DNA of 61,956 nucleotides from Chara braunii (lineage: Eukaryota > Plantae > Charophyceae): contig BFEA01000015.1 in NCBI GenBank assembly GCA_003427395.1, positions 3,203,390 to 3,265,345 of the forward strand, written 5' to 3'. This document shows positions 24,026-36,477 of the stretch, in pieces. The notes under the pieces were generated by a model that was not told where the DNA came from, searched no databases, and saw only the letters and a list, made by a program, of their open reading frames with translations. Within the stretch, counting starts at the first letter, position 1. Every line of letters starts with the position of its first letter. A program made the position numbers and the translations under genes.

Positions 24026-27000
24026 CTAACGAGGATCGGTCTGGCCAGCGTCACATCGAGGAGTAAAAACCCCATAAACTCGCGTCTGGATCAAGGATAA
24101 TCATACCGGGCCTCCGAGTACTGTTAAATGAGCAGATTCAATAACCATACTAACTTGACCTGCTCCCCGTAAGATACGGATACAACAGGCCATACACTAC
24201 CATCTCTCTCGCCGCCGTGTACATGAAAAAGAATTGGTTGAAAAATTCACAAGTCAAAACCCTTGGGTGAGTCAACTGCCAAGTAGCCATTCCAGCGGTT
24301 CGACAAGTAGCACAGCAGCGTGTGTCCTTGGTCGTGAGACAACTAGTCTTCTCTCTGTCTGCGTCGTGCACGTGTCGAGAATTGAACTCGAAAGTCAAAC
24401 CCTAGTCCCCCTCGTAACGGCCAAGTGGCCGTTTTTCCTGGGTCGACAGCTGGCTGCTGTGCCCGTCAACACGTGGCACCTGAGCACGCACGCCCGTGGA
24501 AACAAGGAAGGTACTACCTAAGTAGACCAGGTCCGACGGTACTACCAGCTGATGCTTATTCCACACCTGGCAGCCCGTTGGTGGTTCCAGAGCCGGCTGC
24601 AGAAATACAACCTCGACAGAGACCTTCTTTGGTTTGGATCCAGACCTCACCAACGTGAGTACCACTGCCACATAGGTCGGCCACATTCATTATTATTATT
24701 TATTTATTTTTATTATCAAGGCTAATATGTGCACTAAATTATCCTCTGCCCCACAACGCAGCCCCCTTACCGTGAAGCAGATTGGGCTGGATTGCGGTCC
24801 CATTAGATTGTACTAATGGGGTACCTTTTACCCCTCAGGCAGGAACATCAAAACCCGATGCGGCAAATTCGACACACTTGTGGAGGGCCAGAATGTCGGG
24901 CCCTTCGACAGTGTACGCTGCGACTTGGTTTTCTCGAGATCGCAGTCGTACGCGAGCGTGCACATGAGCGAAAGTGGATCAGACTTGGGTTTCTCGTGTC
25001 GGTGTATCAATTGTGTCCTTCCTACATGCAACTATCCTACCCATACTAATTCGGGTGAGATCTAGTCATTACATTCACATCTATGCCATTCAGGTGACGA
25101 AGGGAGAGAGAAAGGGGGAGGAGGGGGGGGGGGNGCAATTGCCCTGGCATCGAGGGTCAACACATCACAGCATTCTCGGGGATCTGATGACGATCAAAAG
25201 CTAACGATTAATCCCAAACATCCGTAGCGAGTGTTTTCGATCAGACCTGGGATTATTGCTCGACGCAGGTGGAAACCAGAAAGTGACGAAATTTGAATTA
25301 AGCAGGCATCACAGAACTTGAACAAGATTAAAAATCCGAAAAGATCTCTCGAAAAGGAATCGCATTCATTCCATGCATACACACGAGGCAAAAACGACAA
25401 AGAAAACCCGAAATGATTTACAAGGAAAGTCTGAGAGGGACGCAACAAGATCGGTCAAAGTAGAAATCAAAATTATACAGATAATTGGAAGACGAGACCT
25501 CATCCCACACACAACTGCTCTCTCTCTCTCTCTGCTCTACACTCCCCGATGCGGCCAGTCCGTCGCCGCGCATCAACACAAAGTTGTCACCCCGCTTGGT
25601 TCGAGCATGCAACTTGAAGCCAGGTTCGCCCGTGCGCCACAGTCCGTTGCGGCCCGCACGTCAACCCCGCATACCCGACACCAGCTCGTCGGATCGCCCA
25701 ACTCTCTCGTCGACTCACCTCTCAAGCTGACTAGTTAGCCGACCCTCACTGATCGCGTTAACTCCAAAGTTCATAGAGAGCAAAGTAATCGCACTTGCGA
25801 AATTTATAGCGTGCATGCTTGCGCGAAAGATACGGGATTAAGCCCAAGTGGTCATGAGGAGAAGAGAGGAAGTGTCGACGTCTGCATGGCCAGACCGCAG
25901 CGTGGGGGTAGTAGCCGCACTCCACGCTTCGATCCGGTCGTACAGGCGTTCAGGCCAATTAGAACGGAGTATTAGGCATGCAAGACAAAGAAGAAGAAGG
26001 CAAGGAAATCAAGAAAGGAGAGAGATACAGTTACAATCGCGCCCGCCAAAGCGACAATTACACAAGATTAAGGTCACGATCCAGTCAGAGCCCAATTCCT
26101 AAGGCAGCAAGACGTGCGCAAGTGAGAAGCGCGGCGCAACAAAATTCAGAGTACCTAAATTCCTAGCCTAAGTCCTAATTGCAAAAGGAAATTCTAAAAA
26201 GCCCAAAAACAATTCCACGAGCCCGTGGGGGCTCGACATCAGTTGAAAATTCAAAAACGATACTCCCGCGCGATGATCGCACCAAAAATTCCTAGTGCTC
26301 ACAGCAGAACAAGAAAGAACCCATGGCAACCGTTGTCCGTCGCGCTCGCTGACGAGTGGTTACCCAATCGTCGACGTGGGACTTTTCCGACACCGACCCG
26401 ACAGACGAGGGTATCCCTGCAACTTGCTCGATCGACCCATCTCTCCACAGCTCACCCATCCGACCCGTCCCATTTCCCCAAGGCAGCTTCGCGCAGAAAG
26501 TCGCGTGATTACAGAAAATGGTTTGTCACAACACTGTATGCGGCCAGGGAGTGTCGGCCCTGGTCGGAACCTTCCCATCTTCCAGGGTACGTGAGGATGA
26601 GAGTTGTCTCGAGATGGTGTAGTCTGGGTCAAGGTAATATTTGTGTACATGGGGGGTGTGAGAAAGAGATGGGGCATACGATACCATTAGGGGCAGAGCC
26701 GTCCGTGGCGGGTCTCGCTTGACGAGTGTAGTACCTGCTCCGATAGCGTAGGAAAGCTCAGTGCGCTGGCCCTCCTGGGGGCTGCCCTCGATGGTAGTGT
26801 GACAAAGATCCCCCTAAGGCCATCTCCAACCTGCACAACCTTGAAAAAAAAAAAAAAAAAACTTATGCTTATGTGTATGTGTGAATGATTGGTTGGGCGC
26901 ATGCCCGTGAAGTTGAGGGATATTTCTCGCACCTTCCTAAATGCATAGATGATTGCTTGACTGGCTGCGCTGTTTGGCTATTCACAACAATTTCTATCTC

Positions 27001-27859
27001 CTTCTTCCCCACGTCCCTTTTTGGAACTCCCTTCCTTGGACGTAATGCGTTGCCTTTCCCGTACCATGATGAGTGCAGCCAGTCTGGCAGCAAGACGTAC
27101 GACAGGTAACGGTGAAAATCTATAAACCTTTATCTGCTTCCTTAAGAAACTGCATGCTCTACTACTACATTTATTGCATCAGGCTTTGTGAATGTTGAAA
27201 CTTCATGCCCTCCATAGTCTGTTTTTGCCCGATCACGAGTTAAATGTGATCCCCTGGCCTGCCATCGCACAACACTGGCCAAGAACTCTGCCCGAGCTTT
27301 GCGTTCATCGCATGAACTGAAGAGGATTACCGGGTTCAACACTTTCAATTGAGGGCACCTGCCTCGGACTCCGAGCTGTCTGAGTGACGTAGACGACACG
27401 TGGTGTAGTCCCATGATTCCACGTACACACTGGGATCCTTTCGCTTGTGAAAGGAGACTGTGTGAAAGAGTTTTCCATATATTTGAATTGAATGCATCTC
27501 TCTGTACCCTCTGGTATTATAGAAATAACGGCAGACAAAGCATTTTTAGAAACCCTAAAGGCAAAGAAAACTCGCGCAGACAAAGAGATTATGCGCCAAC
27601 GGGAAATCAGCAGTTTCGGTCCAAAAGTATGTGTTGGATTTTTTTTTTTATATGATTTTTTTTTTTTTTTTTTTTTCCCCTCTGACACCACGGTCGACCA
27701 CTGCAAATATGACACGTGGTGTGACACCACGGCCGTCAGTATGTCCGTTGTCTTTTCGAACTCGGCATAATTTTCTTTGCCGACACCTGTTTTTTTTCGC
27801 TCATTCAATACCCGAAGGTGACATGAATGTACTTACCCTGAAAATTATGCTTGGGTCTT

Positions 27860-28105
27860 TCATCATTGCCCCTTTTACGTCTCATTTCCATCCTACGGTA
27901 CCTGCCAGAAGGAGATGTTCTGACCTGAGACTTCACCCCGAGTCTCTAAAAATCCAATGATACTAACTTTGATGAGAATAGAGAGGGAGGGAGATCATCA
28001 TTGCCCCTTTTACGTCTCATTTTCATCCTATGATAACTGCCAGAAGGAGATGTTTCGACCTGAGACTCCACCCCGACTCTCTAAAAATCCAATGATACTA
28101 ACTTT
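27860..28105. repeat. ~135-bp tandem duplication followed by (GA)n
   Basis: catcattgcccctttt..gccagaaggagatgtt..tctctaaaaatccaatgatactaacttt twice. Confidence 0.8.
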
Positions 28106-28107
28106 CC

Positions 28108-28150
<43 letters not shown>

Positions 28151-29630
28151 GCTTAGGCGATGGCATGCATGCAAAAAAGAAGGGGAAGGAATGCAAAATA
28201 AGAGCAAGTGTCTAGCGAGTTGCATGATCAGACTACGGCATGGGGGGCTGCACCTCACTCCGTGCATCCATCCGGCATGCATCCCGTTAGCCAATCAGTG
28301 GGAGAAGGGAGAAAAGGGTGAGAAAGGACATGGAGGGGGTTAAACAAGGACCTTAAGAAAGAAGAGGTGACGAAGATTGTGAAAGTGAGAATATTCAGCA
28401 GGACACACATAATGCAAAAAAAGAAGATTGGGATTGAGGTGGGGAGCGAGGAAGGACTCTTAATACGAAATTGCACGCGCCCAAAAAGCGAAAATATATG
28501 TGATGATACAATTGACAAGGAAGAAATGAAGAGGTCAAACGGGGAAGATGCTGTTAATCCTATAACCGCATCACCTCATACTAGACTAGTTAGACTTATA
28601 AAAAAGATCAACACACTCACTAAGGCATGGGAATTCAACAAGTGTGCATTTTGCTCGTAAGGCACGAAATTGGACCAAGAGTCTTGGAGAACAAAAAAAT
28701 AAATCAATAAGAAAGTTCATATAAAACGCCGATGACGAAACTACGAGCGAAAAGTTACACGTAATCTCTAGTCTAAGAGCAAGGGACTCCTAATTACCAA
28801 AGAAAAAATCCAAGATTATTACGAAAATATCAAAAGAAGATAACCATCCAAGTACAACTGCATCTATGCCCTTCCTAAACACAAATTGCACTTTACTAAA
28901 AAAAATATGAAAAACTATGGTGATGTCATGGTTTCAGTTTGTAAATGCGCTCCAGTCACAATTTCGTGAATGTTGTGTCAAAGCAAGGAAAACCGTGAAT
29001 GTATACAACCCAACTTTAGGGTCGGATGTGGATGTGTTGTATTCGAGGGATGCCTGAAGTGCTTTTAAAACTGAAATCGTGACTGCACCCTAGTTGCTAC
29101 CCCCCCCAAAAAAACAAAGAAATTATTTGAAACGTCGTGGCTCTCCCCGCGATTGGACGGATTTGTTCAAGGACCTCGATTATGTGCATCACGAGCCGGG
29201 CAGAAACTGGTGCGGTCTGGAACTGACATCGTCACACCGCCCACCAACATATCACTTCAATCTATTCCCACACCCCTTCCTTCAAATTCTCCATCCTCCC
29301 CAATGCCCTCTCTCTCTCAACTATCGATAATGGCCAGCAAAACAACATGACTCCCGCCTGCAGCGGTCAGATGTGCAATTTGGTAGCTCTAAATAGCCAC
29401 ACTTCTCTTTTTAGGGGTAAGGCATGATAAACATAGGTTTTGGAAATAGCACACATGGGCATCCATTACCCTCAAATTATACGACAATCAGTGTTTGCTT
29501 GCTGATCCTTTACAAAAATGGAATATGAAAATTGTCGTAATAAAAAGTTGTTGTTTAGCCAAGACTTCAACTTACCAATACTCTAGTCCGTTCCCTAAAG
29601 CCCTCGGTAGGCAGACGAAGTCCCTGGCAG

Positions 29631-30014
29631 TGGCACCACCTATCATGCGCATCGGTCCCACAGAGGGGACCCTCTCGGGCACATCATGCAGGATTCGGTA
29701 TTATTGCGAAAAGCACAAGGAGCTTCGCCGCTTCAGCTGAGTGCGCCAGCTATACCTTCATCGAACCCTTACGATAGGATAGGGTCCGGTGAGATATAAC
29801 ATACACCCACCCAAAGAATGGTGATAACTCCCATGGGTGGAGGTAAGTTATACCTCGTGGGACCCTATCCTGTCGGATGGCTCGATGGAGGTATAGCTTG
29901 CACACTCAGCCGAAGCGACGAAGCTCCTTATGTTTTTTGCAATAATACTGAATCCTGCGTGATGTGGCTAGAGGGTCCCATCAGTGGGATTTATGTGCTC
30001 GACACTGGGGGCAC
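29631..30014. repeat. Long imperfect inverted repeat (foldback / MITE-like)
   Basis: ~175-bp arms, e.g. gcaggattcggtattattgc / gcaataatactgaatcctgc and ataggatagggtcc / ggaccctatcctgt; loop near 29812-29832. Confidence 0.85.
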
Positions 30015-30129
30015 GAGACCAACCTGCAACAAGACTCTTACATCCTTTTCAAGGAGAAGTGCAGTCACTTGGGGGAGGTCATTTGAATAACGGACCCACT
30101 TGCCCGGGCCGCACTACATCGATACGACT

Positions 30130-31410
30130 CGCGTTCGAGAAGGTGGGAAACCTAATCACATTTGGAACATGATTAAGGAAAGTGTCATGATGTGCGTAAC
30201 GATGCAATAAGTGTAGTATCGGTGTAGTGTAGTGGTATGGAATGATGCCTTAAAAGGTAGAAACTTTTCCGCCGAAACTGATGTCACACATAGCTTTCCC
30301 TCTATTCAGTTTTGTCTTATCGTTGTAGGTAACTACAACTGCATGGTGCAGGGGGGACTTTGGCCCGGGGGGATCAAAAGCTACCGGACTGCTGTCGCTC
30401 CCACAGTTTGTAGAATTTTCGTCTCTCTTGTGGGAAAATCGGGCTGATTTGCTTGGGCTGCGCTACCAAACTCTTGGGCGGATTGGAGAGTGCGGGAAGC
30501 ATTGATTAGTGCAGCTCTCTCGGCGCACTTTCGAAAGGGCAGGCTGGAGAGCGCGGGGAAATCGGACCCATTTGCCCGAGCTGCACTACATGGATACTAC
30601 ATTGTTTCGGCGCACTTTCGAAAAGGCGGGAACCTTAATCACCTCCGGAACGTGATTAAGGAAAGTGTTGTGCAGTGTGTAATCATGCAAGAAGTGTAGT
30701 GTCAGTGTAGTGTAGTGGTATGGAATGATGCCCTAAGAGGGAGAAACTTTCTCGCCAAAACCCATGTCACACATAGCTTTCCCTCTATTCAGGGCCTCGT
30801 TCCACACCACTTCACTTCACTTGAAACTCGAGTGCGCACTCAAGTTCCAATCGTGATTTAAAAATACCTGAGTCACGTTTTGTTCCACTCAACCCTTGAG
30901 TTCGCCCTTGAAATGAGCGAGAATGGTGCTGCAACAGCTCGCCAAAGGTTCAACCAGGACAGTAGCGGTAGAAAAAGGAGAATAAATGGGGGGAAAAAAA
31001 CTAGCAGAGGTTCTACATGTATCTGCAGCGCCGTTGTCAAGTGCAGCTCAAGTGTGCCCAGAGACGTGACTTGAAAAACAAGCAGGTTTGCATGGGCCGC
31101 ACTTAAGTTGCCCTTGAGCTTTTCGCGCCCGTTTGCTAAACTGGGAAACCTAATCACGGCAGGGCCGTGATGAGCGAAACTGAAGGGCACCGGGGAACGG
31201 TGTTGGGCAAGAAACCCTTAAGTTTCGAGTGGTGTGGAACGAGGCCCTCGGTCTTGTCCCACCGTTGTAGGTAACTACAACTACATGGTGCAGGTGGGAC
31301 TTAGGCCCGGGGGGATGCAAAACTACCTGACTGTTTGCACTCCCACTTTTTGTAGAAATTTCAAGTCTCCTGCCGGAAAATCAGCCCGATTTGCCTGGGC
31401 TGCACTACAG
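30130..31410. repeat. Segmental direct duplication; second copy carries a MITE
   Basis: 30130-30465 matches 30615-30791 joined to 31248-31410. Confidence 0.8.
30792..31247. mobile_element. PIF/Harbinger-type (Tourist-like) MITE
   Basis: TIR gggcctcgttccacaccact; 3-bp TSD TCA/TCG; empty site in the paralog near 30303-30318. Confidence 0.85.
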
Positions 31411-32811
31411 GGGCCTCGCCCCACATGCCATCGAATAGTATAGTTTACTAGTCTGTGTGACGATGTGGGACTGATAGGATGTTTTGATTCCATTTTATAC
31501 GGACGGTGGGATGATGCATCCTGCCATTTAGGACAGGGAGTCGTAAGGCTCTGTTTTATCATTGGTTTAGAGTTGGTTTAGGGGTCCTGTGCGGAATGGA
31601 GGGAGAGGCAATACGGTATAGTTTACTGACCTCGTTTTTATGGCTTAGAATACTATTCGTCTTTTGGTTGCTCACCTACAGCGAGTCTCACGACGATTCC
31701 AGGGGTGTTTAGGACCCTCGCTCTGGTGGTCTGTGGACATGGACAAAGGACAAATATCATGGCGGTGTATCTTCCCATGTTCTAGTGGAAGATTCACTGT
31801 CAACCACAACTCAAGACTGACTCTTCGCGAGGAGCATTGCCAGCTAGCAAACACGAGCGCCCACGCTTTTTTGGGGTGCGTGTGGATGCGTTGTGGATGG
31901 GCAAGCATCGTGCGTTGAATCACCTAATTAGGATGAAGAAATTGTACAGGGTGACACGTGGCACAAGTGAGTGGGAGACACTCGGTAAGACCTTGTATAT
32001 GTTCTTCGTCCAGGAAAAGCAGAATCCCATCTGGTGGCACCGTCCATCGTGATCAGCCTCGTCAGGCACGTGGCTTTCATGGTGCCTTCTTTGTCCTTCA
32101 ATGGAGAGAGAGGAGCCGGTGGAGAGATGGGAGCGGGTGCAATGCGTACCGATTCCTTGTCAACTCCAGGGAGGGTGTAATTGGAGGGATATTTATAGGG
32201 CGCATAGTGTGAAACTTGTTAATACATTGTGGGGTGACATCATGCGTAGCTGGTAAAACTTCTATGTTTGGTAATGACCAGGGTTGATTTCGAAAGTTGA
32301 TGTTATGAGTGGATAATGGCTGAGCGGGAGCAAAGGGGTCATTGACGCATTCTCAGGAGAAATTGTGGGAGACGCATCATCAAAAAGCAGTAAGGCGAAG
32401 ATCGACACGAAGCTTTTGACGGTGACGTTCCCTCTTCCCTTTATACTCTCGACCAGGTCATCTACTTATCTCAAACCCTCTGATTAATACACAACCAGTC
32501 CTTTGTGAAAGTAATTCTGATAATGAACTAGTAATTAATTTTCAATACTCATAATTAATGTCATTAATTGATTGGGCAAAAGGTCGATCGGCTAGCGTGA
32601 CATAGTAGCTGATTTTTATTTATTTATTTGATCACTGCTGGTCACAATGCCGATAATAGTTCACCGTCAGCGTAGTCACAAGATGGTCGATTCAACTTGA
32701 ACGTTAATGTTTAGAGGGGCGATGCGTCACATTGTTTCACGCCAGCTTCATACCCCTGTGAAAACGGTGCTGGCGGCTCGTAAAAAACAGGAAAAATGTC
32801 ACAACAAAGCA

Positions 32812-35800
32812 ATGGAGATCTCGTCTTCGATGGAGGGCAAAGTCCTTACCTCAGAGGAACGAAGGGAATGGAAGGAAAATCCTAATTCGGAGTGTGACTA
32901 AGCCCCCCCCTCCTCGAAGGAGAAGGCAGCAGAGGAAAGGGGGAACTTAGGACAGCCAGCACCCAGTCCTTCCACTATGGGGACGTCAGTCTTTCTTCCC
33001 CCAGCCAATGACACGTCTCCCCCTCATAATCTCAGCAAATCACAAGGGGAGTGATGGTGCTCAATCCCTTATTTTGCCAAAATGATTAGGGGAAATTGAC
33101 ATTTGGGGAAGGAAATTCGATGGGACAGGGGATAGGCTCCGAATATCAGCGATCGTCACTATTAATTGGGGACACTTTGATGATGGGACACCAACATACA
33201 TTCAAGTCAAGAGGGCAGGGCCAGTTACTGTTACAGAGTCCTATGGGAGGCAAAGGAGGTATGGTTACTCAAACGGGTCAACTACAGAGGATATCATAGG
33301 GGGTGAGGGGAAGAAGGGAGGAGGAAGTAAGAAGGGGGATAGAGGTAAGAAAGGAAAGAGGGGAGGAGAGAGGGCAAGAAGGTGGAGCAGAGGGAAAGGA
33401 GGAAGGAGGTACGGAAGGGGGAAGTGGTAGTACGGGAGGAAGGGGAGTCAGGCAGGAGGAAACAACGTTACGATCGCTAACACATGTGCCTATTCAGGGG
33501 CAGGAGTGACCTCCTCTACAGGGAATGAAACTGATCAATGAGGGTCAGTCGTCACATCCAGTAATAACTCCTTCGTCGTGGTTACAATGCGTCAAAGGAC
33601 CTTTTAAATCTAAAGAATTGAAAATCCCAAGATAGGGTGCTCAGTCTCAATCGTTGAAAATACCTATGAGAAATCTGGCCATGGCCAAGGTTTTTTTTTA
33701 ATCTAAATTTATTATCCCTTCAGAGAGTTGGGTGATTGAATTAGCAGGAAAAAAAAAACAATGATAAAAACTTACCAGTCTCAGAAATTGGCATAATGTG
33801 ACACGATTTATTGGGTCTTCCACGATAATGCTGCTTAGAAACCCACTAATAATAAGATTAAGTGGATATGCAAAAGGTTATAGCGTTCAAGGGCAGCTAC
33901 GGAGCAGTGTGTGAAGACTTTCTTATTTTGCCAGTTTCAGCAACCATGTTTACAATTCTGTGTTTACACATGACTGATAAAAAAACGATTGAATCCTGGA
34001 AAAAATTAAGGTGTGATCGATCAAAGGTCCGGATCTATCCCTGGACGCCGTCTAAACAGGGACCAGATGAAAAGAGAAACCAAATGATGGAAAATTTATA
34101 TTGGGTGGAATTCAGGCACATCCCAATAGAAATCCAAGCGGCATTTATTTATGACTTTGGGGTAAATCACGATATAGTTGACTTTATAGACCCCCTCCCT
34201 GCGTATGTGGCCAAAAGGGATGACAATCTTATGTTGGCTCTCAACCACCTGACCACAGTGCCCTTCAATTTGGATGACGTCATCCCATACACGGTAGGGG
34301 GTAGAGAATACCGCATTCACACGGATCATAAACTGAGGCCGTAGTGTTTTAGATGCAGAGCTTATGAACACTAGAGTACAAATCCTAACTGCACTCAAAA
34401 TCCGGGAACGAGGAATCGAGCAATAGGAAGGCTCATTCGGGATCCCTTCAAAGTAAATCTATGGAGGACGGTTGATGTTGGGCATGAGGGATGGGTTTAC
34501 GTGGAGAGTGTCAAGAAAGGGGAAATGCCTAGTAAAGGTTGAACATGGGAGCGTGAGGGGGATCCTAATTGGGACACCAAACCCCCCGACTCTTGGGTAC
34601 CCCATGAAGTAACAGTAAAAATACCAATTATGGTTGCACAGTCAACACAATTAACTCACCCGGCACAACCCACGCGCTATCATAGCACACAGGCCTCATC
34701 GTCTAGTGCGCAATAAAACTTTATGGCGAAGGAGAAGGAACAATCCTCTCCGTCTCCAGATAAGGAAGTTATAGGACCCAGGGATAAAGGCAAGGGGCCA
34801 ATGAGTCATCAGCAGTGGATATCGGTTAACCACAGAAAAATGGGTACACTCACGGGTTCACAACCAGCAGACTACCTGCAGCTAGGAGAAAATAGGGTAA
34901 ATGCAGTACAGTCCAGAGGGGAAGACTCTGACTCAGAGTCTTAGGAATGGGTGGGGACGGTAGAAGAGGGTTCAGTCGAGGGGCTGGTTAAATTTAAAAA
35001 AAAAGAAAAATAAAATAAAATAAAATAGTTAACCGGTCCACACAAGGAAGCTATTATCACCGGTGATAAGGACTCCCTCATGGAAGAACTCCAGTCTGAT
35101 GCACTCCAGTCTTCGCAAGGAAGGACTGAGGGAAATGAGAGCACATGAGACCTGATGGGGGAACCAAAAGTAGTTGAGGAGGAAGATCCAAACTTAGCAA
35201 TGGAGGGAACGGAGGCAACAACCTCTTATCCACTCCGCAAGGTCTTCGATCCCGATCCAATGAAATTTTGAAATGGAGGATACAGCCTCCCAACCTAAGC
35301 CAGACATCTCTGAGGATCAAAGGATAAATCAATTAGCTGAGTGGGTGTTCAAAATTTTGAAAATGCGGTTTGGGGAAGCCACTGTTGAATTTTGGGATAA
35401 TTCATATGTCCAACTGGTTAATCTATTAACCAACAGCCACAGTTTGAAATAGGTTTTACAGTAGAGGCTTCCTGAGGGTGTTCTATGGTCTACGGTAAGC
35501 ATACGCATATTGAGCATTGTGATGGGCCTGTTTCACCCTCCCTCCTCTTCAGGACATGAGGAAACTAGGGACAAGGGATGCACATCGCTAGTGGAGGTAG
35601 GGGGTCCCTCCATGCTGCCCAACGACAAAGGGACTGGCGAGATCATAATCACCGAAGGAGAAAGGTGCCCCAATCAGACCACTATCCTTGAGTCATGTGG
35701 AGTTTCTCCCGAAGGGGGAGGGGTGGTAAGGGTAGAAGAGGTAGGGGTGCTTGAACCAAGGGTCTCCTCCTATGAGGATCAGGTGGTGGGGATTAAGGTG

Positions 35801-36433
35801 AGGCAGTCTGAAGAGGTCAACGAGGGTAACAAGGAGGTTAGACCAGATAATCCATCCGTTACTCCATTGACGACCCTTACTCTGGAGGAACAAAGGAAAG
35901 AAAAGAAGACACAAGATCCAAGTAAGCAGCAAAAGTTGAGGCATGTTTTGGAAAAAGGGCAAGCTGCTAGGCCGCAGTTTTCTAGAGGAAATTTGGTAAT
36001 CCCGGTCCGAAAATAAGGTGGGAAATGAGAAATTGGCCTCTCCCCTGTAGGCCAAGATCCATATGGGGGGGTCACATTACGAGGTTGGACCACATACGTA
36101 GATTATCAGAGCTCTAACGACATAACTTTTAAGAGGGACCTGCATGATTTCTTGATCAAACATTTTGATCCACGTCCTCAAGCTACTCTCACAAAAATCC
36201 GGGATTAGGCTAAGATATCAAAACGTGATACATTTGTGAGGTTTGCGGATAATAAAGAATCGGGTCCGAGATGGTTCTCGCATGCAACACTGTTGGAACT
36301 CCAGCATTTGAAAATCAAGGCTAATGCGGTATGGTCGATAGGGGAGGTCTCAACTTTTCTCTGCTCTATCGTACGCTGTGGGTTACTGACAATCTCTTCT
36401 AGTTTGGAGGGGGGTAACTGGGTACGAATATAG
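32812..36433 (+). pseudogene. LINE ORF1 remnant
   Basis: Fragments 33862-34344 (..YWVEFRHIPIE..) then CFRCRAYEH*STNPNC (CX2CX4HX6C) at 34345-34392; many stops and frameshifts. Confidence 0.6.
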
Positions 36434-36477
36434 GTCACTATACGGCTTAGGAAGTAGGTACCTAGAGGATTGTAGGG

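Larger units (their letters stand above)
16311..24755 (-). mobile_element. Nested 8.4 kb TG..CA element (giant solo LTR or deleted Gypsy derivative)
   Basis: Host LTR homology stops near 16290 and resumes near 24780; TGT..ACA termini; flanks AGGC/ACGC; no internal LTR pair seen; strand inferred from the integrase-like remnant. Confidence 0.55.
15476..26530. mobile_element. Solo LTR (~2.6 kb net) interrupted by an 8.4 kb insertion
   Basis: TGTGAC..GTCACA termini; flanks ACGC/ACAC (4-bp TSD, one transition); both halves align with the intact copy 41962-44683. Confidence 0.8.

Noticed and set aside
26600-27420. Penelope-like RT (MYTNI motif) on the minus strand
   Set aside because: Isolated motif; no GxxMG or YxDD in register
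31664-31918. Conserved protein WRCIFPCSSGRF / MAVYL (also near 41950+44684, 54265 minus, 60776)
   Set aside because: Similarity is a ~35-nt DNA motif with stops nearby in the frames examined; more likely a cis-motif of non-autonomous DNA elements
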